A stretch of DNA of 64,000 nucleotides. Source: Candidatus Kapaibacterium sp. (GTDB lineage: Bacteria > Bacteroidota > Ignavibacteria > Kapaibacteriales > UBA2268). The notes under the pieces are model-generated. The model did no database searches. It was not told the origin of the DNA and saw only the letters and a program-made list of their open reading frames with translations. Positions 9,483 to 18,423 of this stretch are shown in pieces. Location of the stretch: positions 160,001 to 224,000 of the forward strand of contig OY761611.1 in the NCBI GenBank assembly GCA_963664875.1. The letters run 5' to 3'. Both the position numbers and the translations under genes were made by a program. Every line of letters begins with the position of its first letter. Position 1 is the first letter of the stretch.

Positions 9483-10250
9483 ATGATGAAAAATTTTGCA
9501 ATACTACTATTGTTGTTGATTTTTAATGCTTGCAATAAATCAGATAAAGTAATTGATATCCCTGATAAATATTACAATGTACCAGTGGAAATGCGATATA
9601 AAAATAAAATAGATCTAATGGATTATGAAGAGATTCATATATCTGATACAACTATAAGCAAAAATACTATAAAGAGCTACGAGGAACCAGATTTTAAAGT
9701 TTGTAAGATTGAGGATCGAAAAATTTCTGTTGATTATGAAATAGATGTTTCTGCAAATCAATATGTTACTGACAAAATATATTATATGTTTCTAACAAAA
9801 AAATCAAGTAAAATGTTTAAAAATAGTGATATAGAAATTTTGTTTACTAACACAGCCACAAATAAAAATGGAAATCCTGTCCCACTTAATACTTTGATTA
9901 GTATGCAACGTATTAATAACAAACTTCGGTCATTATTTGTCTCATGGTATCCAAAATTTAGCAATCAATTAGGTTGGGCTAGGAATTCAAGTGCCATAGA
10001 TAAAAATACAGATTATGTTTTTTCAAATTTACCTTATGGCATTTTCAAAAAATATATCTACGATATTGATAGTTTGCACTATACGAATATTGAAGAAGAC
10101 ACCTTAAATGTAGATGATTTTTATTATCAAACTGAATTAGATTTTTATAGATCTATTCGAACTTCACAATTTGAATTGGGTGGAAATATTATATTCAACT
10201 TTCAATGGAAACACGAGTTGTTTTTAAAACAGAGCTGCAAAAAACAGTAA
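9483..10250 (+). CDS. Hypothetical lipoprotein, putative orphan immunity protein, distant paralog of 8399..9112
   Basis: Lipobox-like IFNA-C; shares ordered motifs with 8399..9112. Confidence 0.6.
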   Translation: MMKNFAILLLLLIFNACNKSDKVIDIPDKYYNVPVEMRYKNKIDLMDYEEIHISDTTISKNTIKSYEEPDFKVCKIEDRKISVDYEIDVSANQYVTDKIYYMFLTKKSSKMFKNSDIEILFTNTATNKNGNPVPLNTLISMQRINNKLRSLFVSWYPKFSNQLGWARNSSAIDKNTDYVFSNLPYGIFKKYIYDIDSLHYTNIEEDTLNVDDFYYQTELDFYRSIRTSQFELGGNIIFNFQWKHELFLKQSCKKQ

Positions 10251-10265
10251 AAGAAATCTTAGATA

Positions 10266-10775
10266 ATGAGGGTATCAAAGATGTTTCAAAGCATTTTAGA
10301 TAAAGATATTTTGAATAGGAAGATTGAGGGATGTTTTATAGATGAATTTTATAATCGAATAAACCTAAACCTGAATACGGATCCTAAACATGGTGATATA
10401 CCAACAACAATTTCTTTTTATGGTGTAATGAAATTTAGCCATAACAATAAATTAATATTTCTATCAGATCCAAAAATTAAAGACATAGGAAGTATTAACA
10501 ATCAGGAAGCATTACTGTATCTGTCTGAGATGACTAATAAGAGTGTTACTGATATTAAAATAAATACTTACAATGATGTATCTTTGATTATAGATAAAAT
10601 ATTTCAATTAGATATTTTTTCTTTTAATATGCAGAATCCAAATTTATCAACAAGGTTAATATCTTATTTGCCACACATGAGTATCCTTACTTCTGAGTAT
10701 CTCATATCATTTGATACGAATTATTGTACACTAAGAGAATACAAAGAAAAGAATAAAAGAAAGTCTATTTTTTAA
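10266..10775 (+). CDS. Hypothetical protein, DUF6188-like putative immunity protein
   Basis: Pattern LSEMTNKSVTDIKIN..DVSLIID..FQLDIF; very AT-rich. Confidence 0.45.
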   Translation: MRVSKMFQSILDKDILNRKIEGCFIDEFYNRINLNLNTDPKHGDIPTTISFYGVMKFSHNNKLIFLSDPKIKDIGSINNQEALLYLSEMTNKSVTDIKINTYNDVSLIIDKIFQLDIFSFNMQNPNLSTRLISYLPHMSILTSEYLISFDTNYCTLREYKEKNKRKSIF

Positions 10776-10795
10776 ATATCTAATAATGTAGAATC

Positions 10796-11242
10796 ATGAG
10801 TAGCAATAAAAATCAAATAAAATATATGGTTGAAAAATCGCAGTGTATTAACTGCCATCTTATTCTAACAAAGATGCATAATATATACGAATTTGAATTT
10901 TCAACCCAATATAATAAATTGTTTATTCTTTCCATAAAATCTAGTGCTAGACTAATGAAGGATGGGGTAACAATTGGTACGAATCAATTTATTTATACAA
11001 AGAATTATATGCAAGTTATTGAGGATCGAATGCTACAAATTGAAATAAAACAGGAAAGTATGGATATTGAAGCATTCAGGTATAAAGAATTCTGTAAGTT
11101 GATAGGATTGAAAGTTATTAGTATAGAAATATTAGATTATATGCTTTGGATCTATTTTGAAAATAATTACAAAATAAATATATTTTTACATTCTGAGTTT
11201 GATCTTGAAGAGCATGAACAATATATAATATTAAAAATATAA
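10796..11242 (+). CDS. Hypothetical protein, DUF6188-like putative immunity protein
   Basis: Pattern LIGLKVISIEI...LWIYFENNYKINIF. Confidence 0.45.
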   Translation: MSSNKNQIKYMVEKSQCINCHLILTKMHNIYEFEFSTQYNKLFILSIKSSARLMKDGVTIGTNQFIYTKNYMQVIEDRMLQIEIKQESMDIEAFRYKEFCKLIGLKVISIEILDYMLWIYFENNYKINIFLHSEFDLEEHEQYIILKI

Positions 11243-11254
11243 TATATCGTAATA

Positions 11255-11299
11255 AAGAAGCTGTGACTCATTAGTTTAAAATTGAGTCGCATTTTTCTT
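11255..11299 (+). terminator. Probable terminator hairpin at end of cassette array
   Basis: TGTGACTCA...TGAGTCGCA stem followed by TTTTTCTT. Confidence 0.6.
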
Positions 11300-11309
11300 A
11301 GAAGTACTG

Positions 11310-11388
11310 AAAGACACCGAAAGCGAACTGGGCGACCACGGCGTACGTAAAATAGATTATGGGCTGGGCAGGTTTACTACTATAGATC
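11310..11388 (+). pseudogene. Second Rhs core remnant
   Basis: KDTESELGDHGVRKIDYGLGRFTTID; 11331-11388 is 53/58 identical to 9219-9276. Confidence 0.85.
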
Positions 11389-11389
11389 T

Positions 11390-11456
11390 AAGGTCACTGC
11401 ATTCGACTCATTTCATTCGCTCGATAACCGCGAGGGCAGCGAGTCGAAGTGTGGGT
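11390..11456. repeat. REP-like element with nested inverted copy
   Basis: AAGGTCACTG[30-nt insert]GCGAGGGCAGCGAGTCGAAGTGTGGGT; matches 40355-40392. Confidence 0.75.
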
Positions 11457-11508
11457 GCAATATAAAAGAATCTGTTTATTTTACACTACCATTTTGCACA
11501 ATATAGTT

Positions 11509-12537
11509 TTATCCCTTCTGCATTTCTAATGGCATTGAAATTTTCATTTTGTAAATCAAATCATCTAACAAGTCAAATCTTGTCTCACCATTAAATTTTT
11601 CAGCAAAGCTCTTTATTGGTTCTTTGATGTCTTTTTCAAAGTCATCTAAGCAAGTGTCACAAATAGTAATCAAAACACTGAATAATATGTGGCTATTTGA
11701 TATCTCAATAGCGATTGAGGCATGTATATTTTCTAAAAGAATATAAATAACAATCAAACGAACAATTATTTCTGTTGCCATAGGGGTGTTGAATGCAAGC
11801 TTTCCATCAATATCTTTGAATCTTACTACAATTTCTGAACTTTTTTCTATAGGTATTAAATATCGTAATAGTTTGCCCAAATCCAAATCCTTTGTAGTAT
11901 ATGGCAAACTGCAAAGTTGTTCAATAAGTTCATCTATCTGTTTGAGGTATCTCTTGTTAGGAGTTAGAGATTTTAGCATCATTAATCTTTTGATCAGGGT
12001 CAAAGAAACACCTTTAAGATAGTTATCTTTTTTTACTTCATTTGTATTTATCAAAAGATGTTTATATATTCCAAGCTGTTCGTTTCTTGAGTTACACAAA
12101 AAAAAGTCGTTTTGAATCAAGCTAATTATATGCTTCAAAAGAGATTTCTGCTTTTGAGTATAGTGTCTTTCAAATGTATCTTGCAGTGAGAGTACTGCAA
12201 AAATATGATTTGACTTATCAAAAATGGGATAACCTAAATAGTTGATTAGGTTAAACCTAATTCCGGCTGAGTTATTCCATTCTTCGGAAGCTATTGCATT
12301 TGGAACTTCCAAAGGAGACTCTTGATTTATAATAAACAGGGCATAATCCATTATAGATTCCGCTCTGAAATCTGTATCATTATTGGCATCGCAAGTATTA
12401 GAATGAACAAATAACTTCTCATTTGAATTGCTTCCAAAAATTGTCAAGCTTACGTATTGGACTGCAAAAAGCTCCGCAATCAGATCAACTGTGAGCTGCC
12501 ATTTGTCTATCAATAATTTAGGGAATTCATTGTTCAT
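11509..12537 (-). CDS. GAF-domain protein with degenerate kinase-like C-terminus
   Basis: GAF motifs (LEVPNA...YLGYPI...LSLQD...R); C-terminus lacks recognisable H, N and G boxes. Confidence 0.7.
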   Translation of the reverse strand: MNNEFPKLLIDKWQLTVDLIAELFAVQYVSLTIFGSNSNEKLFVHSNTCDANNDTDFRAESIMDYALFIINQESPLEVPNAIASEEWNNSAGIRFNLINYLGYPIFDKSNHIFAVLSLQDTFERHYTQKQKSLLKHIISLIQNDFFLCNSRNEQLGIYKHLLINTNEVKKDNYLKGVSLTLIKRLMMLKSLTPNKRYLKQIDELIEQLCSLPYTTKDLDLGKLLRYLIPIEKSSEIVVRFKDIDGKLAFNTPMATEIIVRLIVIYILLENIHASIAIEISNSHILFSVLITICDTCLDDFEKDIKEPIKSFAEKFNGETRFDLLDDLIYKMKISMPLEMQKG

Positions 12538-12547
12538 TGCGTCACCG

Positions 12548-15199
12548 TCAGAATTTTGATAAAGTCAAAGTAAATATTGAACCTGAGTTAGGAGTACTTT
12601 CTAATCCAATTTCTGCATTAATACTTGTAGCTAACTTTTTGGCAACAGCAAGACCGACACCTGTTCCCGGTTTTAAACCAATTGATTCGTCTGATTTGAA
12701 AAAAGGAGTAAAAAGATTTTTAATATCGTCTTGTTTTATACCTATACCCGAATCCTTGACACTTATATGTAAGTATTTAGAATCTTCTCTGACAGACACA
12801 ACTATTGCAGTATTCGTCGGAGAATATTTCATGGAATTGGTAATGAACTCACCAATAATCTGCGTAATACTTTTTTTGTCTGTCAGTATATTCAAATTAG
12901 ACTCCAAGGGTTCATAAACAAATTTGAACCTGTCTAAGTTTATTATTCTATACTGCTCAACAATATCATTGATAAGCTGATTGATTTCTATTGGAACTAA
13001 AAATGGTTTATAATTGCCATCTAATATTTTTTGATAGTTTATCACATTTTCTATAAGATTAGTCAAAGCTTTAGCAGAAGACAATATCCTGTCAATATTT
13101 TTTGTCGCATCAGGGTCATTATGATTGTGATAGTACTTCAAAATTTCTGCAGAAGTTGAAATAGAGGTAATCGGAGTTTTATACTCATGAGAAATAATAT
13201 TGATAAATTTTGACTGCATATCATTCAGTTTTTTTTCAATACTTAATGATTCCTCCAATTTTCTATATGCAGATTCTAATTCTTCAGTTCTTTCTTCCAC
13301 TCTCAATTCAAGTTCGTTATTCAGTTCTAATAGCTGTTCTTCTGCTTTTATTTGCTCACTAATGTCTCGAGCGTTTGCGAAAATCAGACCTCTGTCTTTG
13401 ACAAATTTGGAGTGCCATGAAAGCCATTTGTAGCTACCGTCTTTACATAAATATCTGTTTCTGAAATCAAAAACATCTATTCCGGAAAATAGTTTTTGCA
13501 TCTCATGATTGGTCCTAGCTAAGTCGTCTTTGTGAACAAACTCTATAAAAGGTTTTGACATCAACTCAAGCAGACTCCACCCCAGGACTTTAGTCCACAT
13601 TTCGTTTAGAGTAACAAAAGTACCATCGGAGTTGGATATAGAAACCAGCTCAATACTATTGCTAAAAAACAAAGAAATATCTTGCTCCAGTTGTTTCTTT
13701 TCAGTAATGTCAGAATGAGTGCCCAGCATTCTAATCGGTTTGCCTATTTCATCTCTTATGATTTTGCCTTTGGCAAGAATATGGACGTAATGTCCATCTT
13801 TGTGGCGCATAAGAAATTCAGGTTCATACTTATCAACTTTGCCTTCTAAGTATGCATTTAGCAAATCAATAACTAATGTTTTATCGTCCGGATGAATATT
13901 ATCTGCCCAAGAGTTGTAATAGTTTGCTAATTCATTATCTGAATATCCAATGATGTTTTTCCAGCGTTTAGATAAAAACAACTCATTTGTGGTTAGATTC
14001 CAATCCCACACACCATCGTTTGTTCCATCTATTGTTAGAGTTAATCTTTCTTCTGATTCTTTCAACTCGTCGAGCAATCTATTATGTTCAGTTACATCAC
14101 GCCACAAACCAATGATTGTAGGTTCTCCGTTATATACTGCATTGGAAAGTGAGACTTCTACAAGAATTTCTTCACCATTTTTTTTAATATGCATCCATTC
14201 AAAAATTTGATTGTGTCCTGAAATAGCTTTTTCAATAACACTTTTAGCTTTATCTATTGATTTTTGACCGTCAGGCTGATATTCCGGAGAGAAATCTTGA
14301 GGTGTCATATTGGACATCTCTTCACGAGTATATCCTATCATTTGCGTGATTTTGTGATTTATATCAATAAACTTCAAATCTCGCAAGAAAAAGATACCGT
14401 CATTTGCAAACTCAAAAAGTAATTTATAAAGTCTGGTAGCATTTTCTTTTTCGATTTCAAGTCCAATCTGGTCTGTAATATCTCTTGTTACTCCAAGGAA
14501 ATACTTGAAATTTCCATTATCATCAAAAACAGTACTTACCTGCACATCTGTATGAATTATAGTACCATTTTTGTGAGGTTGACGCACTTTCATAAACACA
14601 GGAGCTTGTGAAGTAATTCCTTCCGCTATCATTTGACCTACTTTCGCAAGCTCGGACTGAATAAGCGGAATATCTTCAAAGTAAATGACTTCTTCAAAAG
14701 ACTGTTTCATCACTTCTTCCGGAGTAAACCCTCTTATAAGTTCCACATTTGGACTAACATACAAAAATTTTCCACTTAGCTCCATAGTCCAAACTACATC
14801 TTTAGAGACTTTTGTGATCGTGTCATATAGTTCAGTGTTCTGTTTCAGTTTTTTATTGATATGAATCTTATCGGTTATGTCTGTCGCAAGACCTATAACA
14901 CCAATTTGACTGCCGCTATCGTCAATATTAGGAGACATTGTAGATTCAAAAAACGTATCGCCAATCTGTAATATCTCTGTTGTAGTCTTTCCTTTTAAAG
15001 TAGTCTCATATTGTTTGAGAACACTTGGCATATCTTTATAAACGTCAAAAACCGAAAGCCCTACGACTTGATTTTGTTCAAGTCCCAGTGTTTCTAATCC
15101 TTTCCCAAGAGAAACCTGAAATATTCCGTTATTATCGATAACAAACAACACAACAGGTGATTGGGAAACAACTTTTTGTAAATTTGAATCAGTAAACAT
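12548..15199 (-). CDS. Multi-PAS sensor histidine kinase (about 5 PAS/PAC)
   Basis: PAS repeats; ISHEYKTPI H-box, NSMKY, DSGIGI, GTGVGL. Confidence 0.92.
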   Translation of the reverse strand: MFTDSNLQKVVSQSPVVLFVIDNNGIFQVSLGKGLETLGLEQNQVVGLSVFDVYKDMPSVLKQYETTLKGKTTTEILQIGDTFFESTMSPNIDDSGSQIGVIGLATDITDKIHINKKLKQNTELYDTITKVSKDVVWTMELSGKFLYVSPNVELIRGFTPEEVMKQSFEEVIYFEDIPLIQSELAKVGQMIAEGITSQAPVFMKVRQPHKNGTIIHTDVQVSTVFDDNGNFKYFLGVTRDITDQIGLEIEKENATRLYKLLFEFANDGIFFLRDLKFIDINHKITQMIGYTREEMSNMTPQDFSPEYQPDGQKSIDKAKSVIEKAISGHNQIFEWMHIKKNGEEILVEVSLSNAVYNGEPTIIGLWRDVTEHNRLLDELKESEERLTLTIDGTNDGVWDWNLTTNELFLSKRWKNIIGYSDNELANYYNSWADNIHPDDKTLVIDLLNAYLEGKVDKYEPEFLMRHKDGHYVHILAKGKIIRDEIGKPIRMLGTHSDITEKKQLEQDISLFFSNSIELVSISNSDGTFVTLNEMWTKVLGWSLLELMSKPFIEFVHKDDLARTNHEMQKLFSGIDVFDFRNRYLCKDGSYKWLSWHSKFVKDRGLIFANARDISEQIKAEEQLLELNNELELRVEERTEELESAYRKLEESLSIEKKLNDMQSKFINIISHEYKTPITSISTSAEILKYYHNHNDPDATKNIDRILSSAKALTNLIENVINYQKILDGNYKPFLVPIEINQLINDIVEQYRIINLDRFKFVYEPLESNLNILTDKKSITQIIGEFITNSMKYSPTNTAIVVSVREDSKYLHISVKDSGIGIKQDDIKNLFTPFFKSDESIGLKPGTGVGLAVAKKLATSINAEIGLESTPNSGSIFTLTLSKF

Positions 15200-15392
15200 A
15201 TTTTTATTTATTTTTGTAGAATAATTATATAAATCATCTTGTGAATGTAATGTATATACTATATCTAAACGAAGCTACAAATATAAGATTGGAAAATTTG
15301 ATAATACATATAAAAAGTTGTGAAACTTCCATTGAATTTATTCGTAAGATAGTAAGAAAAATTGGGTCTTTTTATATCATAATGGAGAAATT

Positions 15393-18209
15393 ATGAAACG
15401 ATTTTTGCAATTAGCAGTTTTGTTGCTGCTTTTTGGCTTTGCTGCGGGTCAGGCAGACGTGCCAAAAGTTGACATAACTAATATGTCGAAAAAGTTACCG
15501 GTAGATCCTGATGTTAAAATCGGCAAACTTGATAACGGAATCACTTATTACATCAGAAAAAATCAAAAACCTGAAGAGTATGCGCACTTCCGCATCGTTT
15601 TTGCTGCCGGTGCAATTCAGGAAGATGACGACCAAAACGGTTTAGCTCACTTTACTGAGCACATGTGCTTCAATGGTACAAAAAACTTCCCAGAAAACAA
15701 ACTTATTGAAGTTTTGCAAAAAGCTGGTGTTCGATTTGGTGCTGACTTAAATGCAAGTACCGGTTACGACCAAACTATGTACGAACTCCCAATTCCGTTG
15801 AATAACCCGGAGTTATTGGAAGATGCATTCCAAATCTTGGAAGATTGGTCACACAATGTACTTTTTGAAGGCAAAGATATTGACGATGAACGTGGCGTTA
15901 TCATCAATGAATGGAGACAAAGAAACAATGCTGGAATGCGTTTAAATGACAAACATGCTCCAAAATTATTCTATGGCTCTAAATTTGCAAAAAGAAACGT
16001 TATTGGTGATACTGCAATTATTTTGAACTTTGAACACGATGTAATCAGAAGATTCTATAAAGATTGGTATCGTTCTGATTTGATGGCTGTAGTAGCTGTT
16101 GGTGATTTTGATGTTGCAGATATGGAAAAAAGAATCAAAAAATATTTCAGCAGAATCCAACCTGTAAAAAATCCTAGAAAACATGAGATTTATCCTGTTC
16201 CAAATCACAAAGAGACATTTGTTTCTATAGCATCAGATCCTGAGCTTACAACTGATCAGGTTGCAGTCTATATCAAACATGACAAAAAAGAAAGCGTTAC
16301 CTATAATGACTATCGCGAAAGCTTGAAAGAGCAAATGATTAACTCTATGTTTGGCGATCGTTTCAGAGAAGTTACTCAAAAACCTGGTGCTCCTTTCTTA
16401 GGTGGAAGTGCTTTTTATACAGATTATCTCGGTGATAAATCTATGTTTATGGTTTCTGTTACAACTGAAGGCGGCAAATCTATGCAAGGTTTAGAAGGAG
16501 CCCTCGATGAAGTACACAGAGTGTTAAAACACGGTTTTACTGAATCAGAATTGAAAGTTGTGAAAAACGAAATTTTAGCAAATTACGAATCTTATTACAA
16601 CGAAAGAAAAGGCACTCAACACAGATCTTACGTTGGCGAATATACTCGTAACTTTATTGACAAAGAAGCAATGCCCGGTATCGAATGGGAATATGGTTTT
16701 ACTGCTGCAGTATTGCCAACTATTACTATAGACGAAATCAATCAGCTTGCTAAATCTTATTTTAGAAATGATAACACTGTGATTACTCTATCTTTGGTTG
16801 AAGGACATACATTCCCAACTGAAAATCAAGTATTAGCACTTTACAAAAATGCTGCAAACAAAGATTTAGCTCCTTATGAAGCTAAAGAAGTAGCAGATGT
16901 ATTGTTCAACAGAAACGTTACCCCTGGTAAAATCGTTGCTACAAAAGAAAATAAAGAAGTAGGATTTACAGAATTTACACTTTCAAATGGTGCAAAAGTT
17001 GTTATCAAATCAACAGATTTCTCTGATGATGAAGTTCTTTTTGCAGCTAACTCTCGTGGTGGTGTTTCTTTAGCTAGTAAAGAAGATTATTTCACTTCTT
17101 CTGTTGCCGGACAATTCGTTCCAATGGGAGGTATTGCTGACTTTTCTATGATGGATTTACAGAAAGTACTTGCAGGTAAAAATGCAAGTGTAAGACCTAT
17201 GATTTCTGAAATGAGTGAAGGCTTTAGAGGTCAATCTACTCAGAAAGATATTGAAACAATGCTTCAGTTGGTAAATCTTTACTTTACTCAACCACGTAAA
17301 GATGATATTATTTTCCAAGCTATTAAACAACAATTCTCTGGAATACTTGCTCAAAGAAGCAACAATCCTCAAAGTGCTTTCCAAGATACAATGGGATTGG
17401 TTATGTCAGGATACCACTATACAGCAACTCCACCAAGTGTTGAGTTATTAAATAGTGTTGACTACGACAAAGCAATCCAATTCTTTAAAGACAGATATGC
17501 AAATGCAGGCGACTTCACATTCTACTTTGTAGGAAATGTAGATGCTAACCAATTGAAACCAATGATCGAAAAATATATCGCTTCTCTTCCGGGCAACGAT
17601 AAAAAAGAAAATTGGAAAGACATGGGCATCAAAACTCCAAGAGAAAAAATCACAAAACGCTTCAAAAATGGCAATGAAGACAGAACTATGGTTTACATGG
17701 CAATCACAGGTGATTTTGACTGGAGCCAAGAATCTCGCCATAGAATTCGCTCAATGGTAGAAGTATTAGACATCAGATTTACTCAGGAAATCAGAGAAAA
17801 ATTGGGTGGTGTTTACTCTCCTGGTATTTGGGTAACTACTGAAAAATATCCTAATCCTGAATACAAAATCAATATCAACTTTGTGTGTGAACCTTCAAGA
17901 ACTGATGAGTTAGTAGCAGCTTCTGAAAAATTATTGAACGAGATGAAATCTAATTTGGAAGAAGAATCTACTGATAAAGTCATCAAAGCTCAGTTAGGTG
18001 AAAGAGTAAGAGATATTAAAACAAATCAGTATTGGTTGAATTCTCTATCAAACGCTTATTTGAATGATGAGCCTGTTGATGGTGTTTTGACTTACGAAAA
18101 ATATATCAATAATTTGACTGCAAAAGATGTACAAAAAGCAGCTCAAAAATATATTAACTTAGACCACTTGGTAAAAGTTATTATGGAACCTACTACAGTT
18201 AAAAACTAA
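15393..18209 (+). CDS. M16 zinc protease, PqqL-like, exported
   Basis: Signal peptide; GLAHFTEH (HxxEH); four-domain insulinase length. Confidence 0.92.
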   Translation: MKRFLQLAVLLLLFGFAAGQADVPKVDITNMSKKLPVDPDVKIGKLDNGITYYIRKNQKPEEYAHFRIVFAAGAIQEDDDQNGLAHFTEHMCFNGTKNFPENKLIEVLQKAGVRFGADLNASTGYDQTMYELPIPLNNPELLEDAFQILEDWSHNVLFEGKDIDDERGVIINEWRQRNNAGMRLNDKHAPKLFYGSKFAKRNVIGDTAIILNFEHDVIRRFYKDWYRSDLMAVVAVGDFDVADMEKRIKKYFSRIQPVKNPRKHEIYPVPNHKETFVSIASDPELTTDQVAVYIKHDKKESVTYNDYRESLKEQMINSMFGDRFREVTQKPGAPFLGGSAFYTDYLGDKSMFMVSVTTEGGKSMQGLEGALDEVHRVLKHGFTESELKVVKNEILANYESYYNERKGTQHRSYVGEYTRNFIDKEAMPGIEWEYGFTAAVLPTITIDEINQLAKSYFRNDNTVITLSLVEGHTFPTENQVLALYKNAANKDLAPYEAKEVADVLFNRNVTPGKIVATKENKEVGFTEFTLSNGAKVVIKSTDFSDDEVLFAANSRGGVSLASKEDYFTSSVAGQFVPMGGIADFSMMDLQKVLAGKNASVRPMISEMSEGFRGQSTQKDIETMLQLVNLYFTQPRKDDIIFQAIKQQFSGILAQRSNNPQSAFQDTMGLVMSGYHYTATPPSVELLNSVDYDKAIQFFKDRYANAGDFTFYFVGNVDANQLKPMIEKYIASLPGNDKKENWKDMGIKTPREKITKRFKNGNEDRTMVYMAITGDFDWSQESRHRIRSMVEVLDIRFTQEIREKLGGVYSPGIWVTTEKYPNPEYKININFVCEPSRTDELVAASEKLLNEMKSNLEEESTDKVIKAQLGERVRDIKTNQYWLNSLSNAYLNDEPVDGVLTYEKYINNLTAKDVQKAAQKYINLDHLVKVIMEPTTVKN

Positions 18210-18230
18210 TTGAAGTAGAAGTATTTTCTT

Positions 18231-18270
18231 ACAGGGGTTGCTCTTTATCTGAGAGTAACCTCTTTGTTTA
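18231..18270 (+). terminator. Intrinsic terminator
   Basis: GGGGTTGCTCT...AGAGTAACCTC stem + T-rich tail. Confidence 0.65.
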
Positions 18271-18423
18271 TAAAAAAGACATACCATTGATTTTACGTAT
18301 ATGCTGACCAAGTCAGTACAAACCACAAAGACTGTGGATTAATAGTACTTTTGTATTTCAATGATTATGCTTAAGTTAGTCTATTGTGTTAAGTGTTTGT
18401 TAAACTAATAGTTTCATACGCAA

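Noticed and set aside
8321-11456. CRISPR array
   Set aside because: Repeats occur only twice, kilobases apart, with genes between them; no cas genes.
7369-11460. Integron or prophage interpretation
   Set aside because: The recombinase looks like XerD with no IntI-specific insertion, is co-oriented upstream of the array, and no attC (RYYYAAC..GTTRRRY) sites, phage genes or target duplication were seen.
15240-15268. dif-like sequence TGTGAATGTAA-TGTATA-TACTATATCTA
   Set aside because: The central hexamer matches but the normally best-conserved XerD arm (TTATGTTAAAT) does not.
18302-18340. Two mini-hairpins upstream of dcp
   Set aside because: Stems of 5-7 bp, no known RNA motif; could be chance.
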